A stretch of DNA of 63,509 nt, filler included, from Choristocarpus tenellus KU-1152 (Eukaryota; Protista; Phaeophyceae), in assembly GCA_964200185.2 (NCBI GenBank). It is 14 parts of 14 records of this genome, joined end to end, with 100 filler letters (N's around TTAATTAATTAA, not from the genome) between each part and the next. Parts side by side here need not be neighbours in the genome. Positions count along the whole stretch, not along the records: positions 12,848 to 15,958 come from CAXNAD020022256.1; positions 16,059 to 22,205 come from CAXNAD020008833.1; positions 22,306 to 25,287 come from CAXNAD020023180.1; positions 25,388 to 30,727 come from CAXNAD020011096.1; 10 more parts are not named here. One strand, 5' to 3'. The notes beneath the pieces were generated by a model. It had not been told where the DNA came from. It ran no database searches and worked only from the letters and a program-made list of their open reading frames with translations. Shown piece by piece: positions 14,442 to 27,530 of this stretch (position 1 is its first letter; every line of letters starts with the position of its first letter). A program made the position numbers and the translations under genes.

Positions 14442-15899
14442 CTCTATAGATAGCTGCATTATCCCTCCACTCGCTATTTGAAATCCTGCTAACTTTTGCG
14501 CTTGCCGTTATGCTCCCTCCACCCCCAGACACAACTGCATTGTTACCAATAATATTATTTCCCTGGAATATTCCAAGGTAACTTCCCCAAATTTCAAGTC
14601 CTCCTCCTCCCCCTCCGGCGGAGTTCTTGACAAAGCTAGAAGATTTAATGGAGGTGACGTAAGCTTCCGGCCCAGAGGCGAAACCTCCACCCTATTATGG
14701 AGATAAAATAGATCAGAGATAGTTCCAGTGGTTTGACCACTCTCCCATGGTTAAGTTAGACAAAAGTAGGAGTATATTTAGGTGATTTGGAAGCCAATGA
14801 AGCACTCATTAGTGGTACAATACATACTGCACTCGAAACAGATATGCTCTCGACATATTTTATGTTGTCACATTTCTTGCATATAAAGATCCACTAACAA
14901 TGTATGATACAACTGACCAAATTCAAAATAAATGGAAGGGAAAAACAAGCATTTGCGGTTACAGAATTCAACACTACTTCCCCAATTCTCTCAAAGGTGG
15001 ATCAGTAGTTACCTTTGACCTGCAAATACACCACAGTATACTAATACAATAGGTTGTACCAAATCCTCAAGTGCCACTTCTCATGATCCTCAATAGGTGA
15101 ATGATTGGATTAGTGTAGAGGGCTTTCCGATAGTTAAACCCTCGCCACTCCTGGAATAGTGTCCTACTTTTTTTAACCCTGCTCCCCCTGATTACAATAC
15201 TCACCCCACCAGAGGCGACATTGCCAGTGAAGTTGCACTCCAGTACATTCCAAAGGCCTTTGCTTGTGAACCCCTCAATCATGATGCCCCCACCTGCCTG
15301 GGCCACACACCCAGAAAAGTCACAATTGTAAACCTCATCAATATCAGAATTGGAGGAGAACAATCCCCCTCCACGGCCTCTTGCGGTGTTCTCAACGAAA
15401 GAGCTCCCCTGTCCAGGGATCAAGTTTGTAAAGAAGCAATTGAGGATTCCCCATGAGGGTGTCAGAAGCATGAGCTAGGTGAGGGGAGACGGGTGATCTA
15501 GGTGACGGGGTTGACAAGGAACTAGAATATATGAAACATCATGTTTAGACTGGTGGTACAATGTTTTGAAAACCTGCTGCATACCCCGTAGGCACTGACC
15601 CTCATATAGCTTACATGTTTGTATATCCTGGATCCACTCGTACGAGTTGCATGACTCATCCGACATGGGTCACTCCTTCAAACTAATTTTGCACTTGCCT
15701 GTTTTGCTTTACTTGATCAAACCGATTGACTCAACCCATCTATTAACAAAATTATCCACCCCCACGACAGCCAATCCATCTCAAACAAACCGTCTTCTCA
15801 TGTTCAAACCTTCAAAGATCCCAGCCACGACGTTTCCAGAAATATCCCTCCTCCATGTAAGAAATCTGCTACATTTTGGGTGAAGTTGCAAGCAGTCAC
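14442..15899 (-). CDS. Polymorphic outer-membrane-protein (PMP)-like beta-helix repeat protein, internal exons
   Basis: In-phase exons 15899-15810, 15408-15205 and 14691-14442 carry repeated FxxN-A..GGG(I/L/F) motifs, e.g. CNFTQNVADFLHGGGIF, SFVENTARGRGGGLF and SFVKNSAGGGGGGL. Confidence 0.85.
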
Positions 15900-16058
15900 C
15901 TACCTCACAAGGACAATAATGAATCCATAGAGGGGCGAGAGATAGGGTGGGGGGGAGGNNNNNNNNNNNNNNNNNNNNNNNNNNNNNNNNNNNNNNNNNN
16001 NNTTAATTAATTAANNNNNNNNNNNNNNNNNNNNNNNNNNNNNNNNNNNNNNNNNNNN

Positions 16059-16420
16059 CAATTTACACAGGAGTGAGGATTCAAGGGAAAGGGGGGGTTA
16101 AGTAGGGGGGGGGAGTGTGTAACACATGGGGGCAGGCAAAATCCAAAGTAGAAAAAAAATTAAATCATGAAAACAAATCGATTTTACTTTCGCCAAGAGC
16201 AATTTACACGGGAGTGAGGATTCAAGGGAAAGGGGTTAGGTGGTGGGGGGTGGGTGGGAGTGTGTAACACAGGGGGACAGGCAATATCCAAAGCAAGTAG
16301 TAAAAAACGTTTAAATGAAAATAAATCAAGTTCACATTCACGAGTAATTTACACAGGAGTGAGGATTTAGGAGAAGTGGGGGAAGGTAGGTAGCACAGGG
16401 GTGCAAGCAAATATCCAAAA
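16059..16420. repeat. About 140-bp degenerate tandem repeat, 3 units, probably intronic in midasin
   Basis: AATTTACAC(A/G)GGAGTGAGGATT recurs at about 16060, 16201 and 16346 with similar downstream G-rich blocks. Confidence 0.8.
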
Positions 16421-16837
16421 AAAGTAGCAAAAGTAGCTCAAATATAGAGAATAATTTTCACTTTCCTCAGAGTAAACCCAAAAGCGTTCATTTTTCCTTG
16501 GGATTTTCATTAAGATCTTCACACCCTTCTAAATATTCCTTGCTATGTGACATTTTGTTACCACAGTATAAACGATGCTGTCCCATCAGCGGTATGTAAC
16601 AACATATTTAACTGTCATTCAAGTATTGTATGCTTCTCACAAATCAAAATGCTCAGCCCCCTAATAAGCAAACCAGATGACTAACCAATTATGAACTTCC
16701 GTCTAAGACCTGAAAGTCCACTGTAACATGTGTACTCATTCATGAAAAAGAAACAGTAAAACCAAGATGGTTCATGACCACAGTGAAGTGGATTATGGAA
16801 AGACATCATAATAGAGTTGGAGTGGGCAGAAGTGTAC

Positions 16838-19800
16838 CTTGTCATTAGCCATTTTGGAAGCATTCTCGAGACCTTTGGAAAGGCGTTTCCACTGTTGTCG
16901 CTCAAATGCACTTGTAATGGCCTGAATGAACTTGGCATTTTGGGTGGCGCTGAATAGATGTGGGAACAACTGAATAAACTCTGACAACACCTCCTGTAGG
17001 CAACATCACATGCAAAAAGAGATGAGAGAAGCACAGGTTGATATTTTTGTTCTTACGTTATTTTGCTGCTCATCACATATAAATACATCAAAACTACGTA
17101 ACTTAAGACACAGTCTCAACTCAATGTGTACTAAACAATATCATTATGCCTTCTATTTTAACCACAATATGTAGTTCCTACTCACAGCATCGAGTACTCG
17201 ATACAACTCATGTACCTGTGCCAACTGCCGCAGCTCCACAGGTCTGTAACCTCCGAGAAGATCAGATCCATCTGTTTGGAGGCTAAGGTTTTGAACAACC
17301 AGCGGGTGGCCAACACCCTTAGCCAAACGCTGGATCAAGGCAGTCTTGCCACAACCAGTTTCTCCCACCTTGAGTTGGTGGAATGTAGGTGACAATTTGA
17401 CAGAAACCTTTTGATTTAACCAACACTGATTTTTGTAAGGGTTAGGGTAGTATCTACTTGCAATCATGCACATAGCATGAAGATCACACAATTCATTGAG
17501 CACCATATGGAGGAGCTTGAAGAGAATCTAGGACCTGGGTACCCAGTTCAATGAACCTCACAGCCACATATTTCAAAAAACCTCTCCCCCTGACAGTCAA
17601 AACACATCTATATAGACTGTAACTGCACACCCAAAATGCACACAGAGTGTGTATAATCAATTTTCTGTAATATAGAAAACACAAGCACCACCCACAAGAT
17701 CCTATCACATACCAACTCAGATGGTGGACACCTACTTGAAGTGCAAGCACAACACCAATACAAGTAATTTATTTCAAGAAAACCAGTAGTCAGGTCTAGT
17801 ACAGCTATGACAGAGGGTTCATAGCTGGGTTAAATGGATTGAACCAAAACTGACAGGTCAGGTCCAACCTTAAAAAAGATTGCTGCTAAAGGATCGATCA
17901 GATAGTGGTGCATGTTGAATCTTCAAAATTGGCAGCATGACCAGGCAGAGAGCAGAGTGCACTTGAGTGCTTCTCAGCGCTAAATGTTAGTCACCTCCTC
18001 TACTGCAAGGCATCCTTAAACCGATTACAGAACAGGTCTGTGATGGATGTTTTTTCCTCATATCGATGTTTAGCAGCAGACTTGCTAATGTGTTCATATA
18101 AACACCCTGAAGTACAACTTTAAAAGGAATTTTCAAAGAATTAAACACTTACCAGGAGGACTGCTTCACCTGCACGGACACAGGCACTGACTTCTTCCAT
18201 AAGTCTAAGGGCATGTGATGTTGGAGCAAAGGACGAAGGCTTGTCAAGGAGTCTTACCTGTTGAGATACACACAAGAACAGACACTGAATGTGTTAGGAA
18301 TTTAACATCTAAGTTGCAGTAACATCTTCAATTTGCATAAAAAGTATACCTGTTCTATAGCAGATGAAGGACATAACATTAGCATGAGACAAGGGCCAGC
18401 AACATATGCTGCCGTAGTTCAAATTAAAAGCATTATCCACATACCAAAAAAGGAGAAAAAAATGTATTTCACCGCTCATTATGAAATCTTTGAAGTCACA
18501 TCAAGTATTTAAGGTTAGTACTCACATTACTGAGACATGGTAATGGGACTCTTCCCACGGTCAGATGTGCTTCATCTTGAGTCATCTCAGGTCTTCGTGT
18601 TGCAACCCATTCTATCAACTTTTGGGGAAGAATATTCCATAGACCAGCATATACCTCAGCAGTTGAGAGAACTAACTCCTGCGACAGCAACCAGGGTAAA
18701 TGTTCTGAGAGTCAGGAGTGAAGTGGAGGGCTGTGTAGGTGCTACACTGACATTGAATAGATTTGCAATTCCTATCCACAAGATCAACAATGTTAAGGAC
18801 AGGGACAGGGTAAAAAAGTACAGCAAGCACATGCTTATAAAACTGGATAAAGAGGTTCAAAATGAAATAAATTCAACAAAAATCTCTAAAAGTTATTATC
18901 AGTATGAAGACCACTCCATAAATCATCAACAGCATGCTCAGTCACATACCTTATCTGGAAGATGCCCTGCAAATACATCAAGTGCCTCCATCAAGACAGA
19001 CAACGCCTGCACCTCAGTACAAAAGAAGTCCTTTGTATCTTGCTCCCCATTGCGAGCGTCACTGGATATTGACAAGTCTCCCTCAAGTGATGTTCCCTTA
19101 CACAAATCGAACACCCTTAGAGCGTCCACCCGGGAGCAAAGCTTAAGGAAATCTCGGACACCTAAATCACGCCCACCAGCACCAGCTAGGGATCCATACA
19201 CAGCACTGCCGTGTCTAACACTTTTCCCTGGAGAGACATGTAGAGTCTCAAGCATACGACAGACCACAGGAGATGGAAGAAGAGGATGCCTGGCAGTTGC
19301 AACCTCAAGGATCTCATCAGGAGAGAGTGGCTCAACAGGCACCTAAGCACAGAAGAACAGGAAAAAATAAAACAGCAATGGGCAAGGTTAAGAGAAGTGA
19401 GGAATAGACCTGGAGGGCTTGGCTTTACATTATTCTACATCAAAACAAAGATTACTGAAATCTCCTGTTTTTGAATCATGTCCATCCACTCCCTTCAAAA
19501 ACAAGCATCCAGAGAAAAATTACAGCTTACGTGCACATGTATCAAAATGTCAAAACAGAAAATATTAAAATTGAAAATCAATGCAAAGGTGTGTTTACGC
19601 ACATGGGTCCAAAGCGCTCCAAAGTCTGCCGCACCACCGAGCACAACATTACCTCCACTACTCGTACCAGATGTTGTCACCGTCCCGAATATACGAAACC
19701 CAGGTGCTGCACGCAATGTCAGTGTCTGCCCTGGAAGCGACAGTGCCCTTCCCTCCAGAAGGGGACCCAATGAGGCTAGAACTTCAAAAGGTGCTCGGTC

Positions 19801-21348
19801 CAAGTCCTCAATCAGAACCCACCGGCCTGCGGCAGCTGCCTGTGTCAACGCTCCTGCACGCCAGGCGAACTCTCCAGGCACATCAGTGCAGGCATACGTA
19901 CCCAGGAGACTCTTACTGTCAGTCTGGTCATCCAAATAGAGCTCAAGTAGGGCTGGAATGGAGCCCCCTCCAGATGGCTGTCTCCCCTCTCTTCCCCCTT
20001 TACATATACTCGCAGCTCCTTTTGCCCAAGTCCCAGACTCTAATGGAGTTGCACCAAGACGTGCCACTTCCCTAACTAGTAGGCTCTTGCCTGATCCAGC
20101 AGGTCCATGGAGAAGTACTGGACGCCCAGTAGTCATTGCTAGAGACAGTTGAGACAGGTTGCGCCGTGCTGAAGCCGTAGGGACCAGGAGTGGTGTTTTT
20201 GCATCTGGTGCAAAGACCTTCTGCACATTAGTGGTCTGCCCAGGTCTTGACACAATACCGGTGATGAACTTAGAAGCGGTGGGAACAGAAGGGAAGGCAG
20301 GCTGTTCCTGTCTTGCTGGTGTCCCACCAACTGAAGCAGAGACACGAGGATGAAGAATACCGCCGATGGATGCAACAGCTGGGTGGTTTGTTACTACAGT
20401 TGAATTTGGTGATTCCTGCAACAAGCTCGCAGCGAGGCAGGGGTCGAAGGAGGAAAGGGAAGTAAGGGGAGGGCACGTGGGCGTATCCTTCTCCGACTTT
20501 TCTGCCGCTGTCGAGACCATAGCACTGTCGACGTCGCCACTGGTATCCTCAACACCTGGGAGAACGGGATCAGACGCACCCACTGCAGCTAATAGAGCAC
20601 ATCTATCGCTCTCACCAATGCCAAGGAGGGAGCTCACGACACCGACCGCACGCCAGCGAACAAGCGCATCAGGGTGGCGATACAGAACGAAAAAGGAAGA
20701 CCAATTCCACATCTTACGAATATCCTCTCCATTGTAACCTGTGAGGAGACGGTGAGCTGCCTTGGTGACCATGTGAACCCTTTGTAAAGCAGCCTCTTCG
20801 TCATTGTCGGAGTTGACTCCTTTTTGTCTAGGAGGTATCACAGAAGCAAGAGAATCTTGAACATCTTCACAGGCATAGTCACTATGCTGCAGTCTAGTTG
20901 CAGCTGCCTCGCTCTTAGCAAGGCCCTCTCCCCCTATCCAGTCAAAGGGACAAGGAGTTATCCGCCAGTGGGCTAGGGCCAGGGGAAGAACATGGGGAGC
21001 GGCAGGAAGAAGGCGACTAAGGGCATCAAGGACGAGCTCCGAAGCTTCAGCAGCCGTCCGATAGCAAAGGGTAGAATTTCCATTGGTAACGCTGGAGAGT
21101 GCCCTTGCTACGACATCCAATAGGACTGGTCGCACGGCCCGGGCGACGCGAAGGGTTAGTTCAGGTTGGAGGACGAGTTGCGCAGCATAATCAAGAAGGG
21201 TTTGTGCTTCCTCGTCAGAGGACGAGGTTGAACGTGCAGCATTTCTGACTACTGGGTAGTCACCGGCCTCTGGTATCTCCGCCAGAAGAGCAGATGACAG
21301 TGCTTGGACATGTAACCGGACCCCGTGGATCTCATTTGAGGTGTACAT
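16838..21348 (-). CDS. MDN1: Midasin (Rea1) AAA ATPase, 5' six exons
   Basis: Exons 21348-19603, 19342-18950, 18678-18526, 18257-18153, 17368-17216 and 16993-16838. AAA1: PVLLHGPAGSGKS, DQTDSKSLLGTYACTDVPGEFAWRAGALTQA, GRWVLIEDLD. AAA2: VLLVGETGCGKT, NLSLQTDGSDLLGGYRP. Confidence 0.95.
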
Positions 21349-21989
21349 GTGTGAAAAAAAGATGCACGCACCAGGGTTGATGACAACAAACCCCAAACGT
21401 TAAAGGCGTAGGACCTCGCGGTACAATGCTACTCATTCCTTGTGTACCCAGTATCCCTCTCTTAAACGTACTCACACGTCGAGGGCAAAAGTGTCTCAGT
21501 TGTCGATTGGATGATACGTCTGCTCAACACAATATTGTTTGTTGTGTATTATGAAATTGTGAGGTGTGAGGGTTGGTGAGAAGTTCAATGGCCATAGAGG
21601 GGGGAGAAAAATATTTTTATTTCTCCCACAAAATATTTTTATTTCTCCCACAAAATATTTTTTCTCTTCTTTTTCTTGTGATAGAGTTCTGATCCTTGTC
21701 AAGTTATCGATCGTCATATATCGAGTTGTTGGTCACAGAAGTGAGTGCGTTTCCCCCCTATATCCTCCCCTTTCCTTGGTGACGAACAACTATAGTTGGA
21801 GATCTTCCCTACTTACATATCAGGTAAAAGAAGTATTCGTGCGTGGAATGTCGGACTTCTGGACTGTTGTTTTCCTGTTTTTTGTACTCTATCCTGTACA
21901 TTCTACAACTGACTCAAAAGATCGTGCAGTTCAACAACCCCAATTTAACAACACATATGAAAGGATAACCACTCAGCTACCTTGATAAT

Positions 21990-22178
21990 GGCTTAAAGTA
22001 TCTGGGGAGGGGGGTGGTGGCGGCTGTCCATTTAGGGTCAGTTTTTTCATGTGGCGATTTCTGGGTGATTTGGTTGCATACGTTCAATGGACAATATGAA
22101 AATGCACTTTTCCTGATCTTGACCCAAATGGACACCCTGGTGTAGACCCCCCCCCCCCCCCCACAGATACTTTGGGTC
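21990..22178 (+). mobile_element. MITE family A, complete
   Basis: TIRs GGCTTAAAGTATCTG / CAGATACTTTGGGTC; perfect 4-bp TSD TAAT on both sides. Confidence 0.92.
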
Positions 22179-22385
22179 TAATGCAATATACCTTCGCCAG
22201 ATTACNNNNNNNNNNNNNNNNNNNNNNNNNNNNNNNNNNNNNNNNNNNNTTAATTAATTAANNNNNNNNNNNNNNNNNNNNNNNNNNNNNNNNNNNNNNN
22301 NNNNNCCTTCCCCCCCCCCTCTTTTTTTTTTCATCTTTAAATTATTTATTTTGGGTTTTCTTTTTTTTTTTTTTCCCCCCCCCCC

Positions 22386-22416
<31 letters not shown>

Positions 22417-23615
22417 ACTGTCAATCTGTGTGCTCTGCCAGCGACCCTCCTTACCCAACTCAATGCCTCCATGCACAATACACTCCCCGGTGACAGGTGT
22501 TGCGAGCACTCGGTGGGGAAGGGGGGGCATCTATCAACAACAGCGTTGTTGGTCATGGCCCAGATTTCACCCGAAAGGGCAATAACAGCAGCGATCAGGG
22601 CAAGGAGAGTGGAGGGGGAGGGAGCATCGCACTCCGCACGGCACGCTCCAGCCGTGCCAATTCCTTTGTATCCAGTGAGATCTCAGATACTGGGGTTGGA
22701 GGCACAGGTTCAGACATTGTCAATGATCCTGAGGTCGACCAGAGTGGAAATCCAGCGGGTCCCGTGACTGCCTCAACCACCACAGTGTATTCTGCAGCTT
22801 CCATGGGGATATCCAATGACCTTCCCCCCCCTATTCCTGAGGTTGGTGTCAATGTTCTTCTTGCCCCGGTTCCTCAACGACCTGGAAGAGGGGCTGACTG
22901 CACTGGTAACTTGAGCGTCGTAACGATGCCCCGTCCGAGTTCGTTGACACCGACGTCCTCGCCTATGAGGGGGGGCGTTAGAGGGGGAGAGGAGGGGGAG
23001 CGCAGCAGGTCCCGCACGCCGAGGTTGGGAGGTGATTCCAGGACCGGTGCCCTTACTAGGAATGGGATAGATCGTGGCAGGGGGGCTGGTCTGTGTGGTG
23101 CTGGAGAGTTGAGAGAGTTGTTGACGAGGTGAGACCTGCTATGGTGGAGTGCAATTGGTTGTGTTGAAGGAGGTTCAGGTGAGCGAGTAGATAGGTGTTT
23201 GTTGGTTGTATTTGCTTGTACTGTTTATCCACTAGAAAAATCCTGTTTTTGAAGTACAAGTACGGTGGTGGTTGGCCTCCTGGGGTGTTTTTGTTCCACG
23301 TGTGTTGCAGTAATGAATTGTAGCAGTGCTCGCTTGCACTCTGGTTGGACATGGTTTAGGGTAGGGGGCGGGGAGGTATCTGCTAGACTATAACAACCGG
23401 GCTTTGACTAGCCTTCATCCCCTTCTGTCTGCACTTGCTATGATGTTTCTGAACAGTCGAAATCAACACAGGTGAATGTTGTCTCTTACCTTCATGCGTG
23501 TTGGATATCACCTGTATCTAACCTTGGCAGCAAATGCAGACCCATTCCGATCTCCCCCTCTCTTGAATACCCTGATTGTTTACTAAACCTCTCTTCTGTT
23601 GTGGCTGCTGCTGCG

Positions 23616-25157
23616 ATGCCTGCCTGCATGGGCAGAAGCCCACTGAGTCCATCCTCAGCCACTGCCATGTTGGATGCACCTGAAGGCACATATTTCGATC
23701 GGACTGGGGGTCGGGCCCACACACCTTTGCTTCCACCTTCAAGTTCCACCAGCCCGGTCTTGTTGGACAATTCATCCACAGCATCAGGAAGTGGTGGAGG
23801 AGGCGTTGCCAGTAGCCCTTTTGGCAATATGCAGACCAACATTGGCTATCGAGGTGGTGGTGGTGGCTATGGAAGCAGCAACAGCATTGTACCTCCTGGC
23901 CCAGGTGGTGGCCATGGTGGTGGCTACGGGGGTGATGATGGTGGCAGTGGACTCAGCAGTGACTTCCCTCTCTTCGCTATTGTTGCCCAGTTCTGTGCCT
24001 TTGGTGGGGCAGAAGAGATCCCAGGAGCAGGTTCTATAGTTGCTACAATGTCAGACAGTGGAGAAGATAATAGTCCTGTAACTGCACCATCAATTTCGTC
24101 TGAAGGGACAGCTCAAGCTACTCGAGTTGTGACCTCGAAGAGCCCTACCACTGTAGAGGGCTCGCTGGGTGAGGCTGGGTGTCTCACGCTGGTGGGGGGT
24201 GAGATTGATGCGGGAAATAGTCAGGGGGTGGCAAGAGAGGTGGGGGTTGTAGGAGGAGGAGGAGGAGGAGGAGGAGGAGGCCATGGGCGGGGTGCAGTCA
24301 CTCCAGCACTTCTGCCAACTTTCTTCCCTGAGGGTGCCATTCTTTCTGAGGGTGTAAAAATGGTTCTCAGTGGTCAGGACTCAGCTGACTCCTTGTCTAG
24401 CGATGCGTCAGCAGGAGCATTTTCTGTGCATTCGACAGCAGTGGATGCAGACCTGATTATTAAGGCAAGATTGGAAATGATACTCTTCCTGATGGGACTC
24501 CACACACTCCCCGGTCTCCTTGTCTTGCCTGGTGTTGTGGGGGGATTGGGTTATGTTGATTGATGCGGTTAATGTACATGTTTTTGAGGTGTTGCTGATT
24601 GTGCTACATTGCTTAACGTGCTGTTTGGGGTGCAGTAAGGCTTCGTACTCCTGCTGCAGTCAAGACAGAAATATCAAAAATGATTTTATCGTCGGGGCTT
24701 GTTGTGAGAAGGCGACCGTTTGTCTAACCCCTTCCGTATCTTCCTTTCCCTTGCTGTACGCAAGTGCACTTATCAAAGTCCTCTATGTTATCATTGCCAG
24801 ACTGCACAGCATATACAGGCATTTACATACAACAAACATTTGAAAGACCTCCTGTCAATATACATTGACCTCCCTACCTACAACTCGTGTGGCTCTGCCC
24901 AAACCCTTGCTCAGGTAACCTGGGACCATGACAGCGCTGTTCGTCTGGGTGTGCTTCCGAAAGGCACTAGCAAACATCCCTTCCAGTTCCGAGTGGAAAA
25001 CCTGGGTGGCAGCAGCGGAGGAGGCAGTATTCAAATGCAGCAGCAGCTGTCGTCTCCCCCGGAATACGTGATGGTGGCCGTTCTGCATGCAGGTGGCACA
25101 GTGGATGTTGGGATGAAGCTAGTTGAGCCGGTGCCTATTCCGGTTGGACGTTGGTGA
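23616..25157 (+). CDS. Uncharacterised protein fragment (long Gly/Ser-rich exon plus a downstream exon)
   Basis: 363-aa open frame with coding-like GC content, then an exon-like segment CAG|GTAACC (VTWDHDSAVRLGVLP..VAVLHAGGTVDVGM) ending at a GTGAGT donor. Boundaries and family are uncertain. Confidence 0.55.
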
Positions 25158-25566
25158 GTAGCCCAACGTGAAAGGGTGTTGAGGATCGTAGCACAGGGGC
25201 GTGTGCGTGTGTGTGGGGGGGAGGGATTTCATACACTTCATACTGTAGTAATCAGTCAGTGTTATGCCCTTCTTAAGTCTTCCTACTNNNNNNNNNNNNN
25301 NNNNNNNNNNNNNNNNNNNNNNNNNNNNNNNTTAATTAATTAANNNNNNNNNNNNNNNNNNNNNNNNNNNNNNNNNNNNNNNNNNNNCGTGAGATGGATA
25401 ACGTAAGTGCTCTTTTCCTTTTTTTGGCACAAATGACTACACAGTGGTCAACCCCCCCCCCCCCCCCCAGATACTTTGGGTCAACCATTGATAAACAAGG
25501 TGCCTATGCCAAATCATGTTCCATTACTAGCCTTGTACCTTTCTCGCATGACCCATTGGTGGATTG

Positions 25567-26171
25567 TGTTAAAACATAGGCTACTAATTCGATTTGTTTT
25601 CATACGATACGGCATCTTCAGCTCACACTGAATGCTGATTCGTCCATTGTACTGGTCGCTATTCCCATTCTCATCATTCGTTCATCATCACACTTTACTC
25701 CACCACTGTAAGTACGTCATAGTGGATAGAAAGCATATAGGAACAGTCGCTGTCCATCATACACATATATATACTATGAGGGATATTAGTTATGTTTGAT
25801 ATGGATTCAAGCTTGTCTTCTTCTTTCTTCTTTGTTTTTAATACTTCATCTCCATGACGCAATTTATCAGTTGCATAGCATGTGTTGACTATTTCTTCTA
25901 CTTGACCGGCTTTGCCCCATCGTAAGCCATCCACCACTTTGTAACACGTATAAGACACACACCGGGATGCAAAATAAAACAACGTTAAAACATCCTTCAA
26001 AACCAATCTCTGCCAAGGTGACAACCCTCTTCACATAGGATGAATTTCTTCATTGGAATGTCTCAATGACTGACCACACAGTTTCTATCAATCACCGTCT
26101 ACTTGAGTAATATATGTCACAGACATACCAGTACCCATCTCACTTCAACCAAAGTCTGATTGAGTACGACA
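25567..26171 (-). mobile_element. Putative LTR of about 605 bp
   Basis: Minus strand reads GGAGGGA (PPT-like)|TGTCG...GTAGCCTATGTTTTAACA (TG..CA ends). A diverged homolog at 48338-48830 shares the same terminus. Confidence 0.55.
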
Positions 26172-27209
26172 TCCCTCCACGTAACCTGTTAGGAATTGCA
26201 CATAATATGTGAGCATCGTGTATTATTATATACATTTAGGTAGAGGTGAATGAAATATTGGTGCTCCTCCTGTTGATTTTACATTTAGACTAAAATTGTT
26301 GAGTCAGACCAGTCGAGAGGTAGGCAGGTTTGGACTGTTTTTTATTCTAGGTCATTTTCTTACCCTGTGCAATTACATTCTATCCATCACCTCATATGCG
26401 CAATAGTGTACGCAAAATTGATATTCCCCTTTTCCGCACAAAAGGTGACACCAAAATTCGGCAAAGGCTCTTCTTAAAGAAATTGGTGTTCCCAAGACTT
26501 TGTATGTAAATCACTCGATTAATTCCTTATTATGCAGAACAGGTTATACATGAAGAAAGGAAGGTGTAAGGAAGGAGAGTGAACTTCAAAGCCTAAAGGG
26601 GGTTGTCACCTTACCATTCATATTCTAATAACATGTCACTCATTCTCTGTCATTTGCTACAACCTTCATGCGTCACTCAAATAACACGTCACTCACTTAA
26701 CACATAACTCATTCTCTGTGTTGTACTATAATAATCCAGATAATATTCTCACGATTACTCAACATAAAACGTTCCTATCAATTATCTCGTTATCGAATCA
26801 TACTAGCTCAACAACTCAATGTTTCTCCTACAGAATAATCTTCTACACATGAATAAAAAGCATATTTTAAACAGCTCTTTGGGCAATTGTACAAAATGAC
26901 GTCTCTTTGCCCTTTCTCGGCTTTCCTTTCAGTTGGTTTCACTGATACTTCGGAATTAGATAAATGCAACACACATTAATCAGTGATACAACTCATTTTG
27001 AACAACGACCAATAATTGCGGCTTCAGGAAGTAAGCTAGTACATACTATGGAAATGTGGAGAGAGGCAAAGGTATTCAATCCTGCTAGGTCATGAACCCT
27101 GAACCGTGAAAGACATCAGAAGAATGCAAATACTATCATACTATCACATAGTGTCGGAAAATGCGAGGGACAACTGAAAATGCTCGGTTCATCGATATGC
27201 AATAATGGC

Positions 27210-27530
27210 AAGGCTTAAACAGACAGTGTCATCAGCACAAATAACAAATCTAGAGCAGTTATTCCAAATAGGAGATCTTTAAAATCGGTGCAACATTGAT
27301 GCTCACCAACAGTACTTAAAATATATATTGTCCATGGAAACCGGTGCATGATAAATTCTGCTGACCCCTCAACCCACAAGGAGTATCTCTCGATCATTTG
27401 TCTCTCAAGCTGGACACTGCTCATTGCTCATGTCCTTTTCATAATAGTCGTGGTTGAAAATCCCCTGAAATTCCGACTCATGACGGTTAGAAAAACTCTA
27501 CATACGTTCTGTGCAGATCAATCCATTTAA
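27210..27530 (-). mobile_element. Decayed LINE reverse-transcriptase remnant
   Basis: Frameshifted GV....PWTIYI (domain 4-like) followed by ICADDTV (YADD-like). Confidence 0.4.

Noticed and set aside
15012-15018. 7-nt micro-exon (CAG|GTCAAAG|GTAA) in the PMP-like gene
   Set aside because: The flanking exons already join in phase 0; inclusion would cause a frameshift.
18537-20737. Plus-strand ORFs of 269, 164, 153 and 123 aa
   Set aside because: Antisense to well-supported midasin exons.
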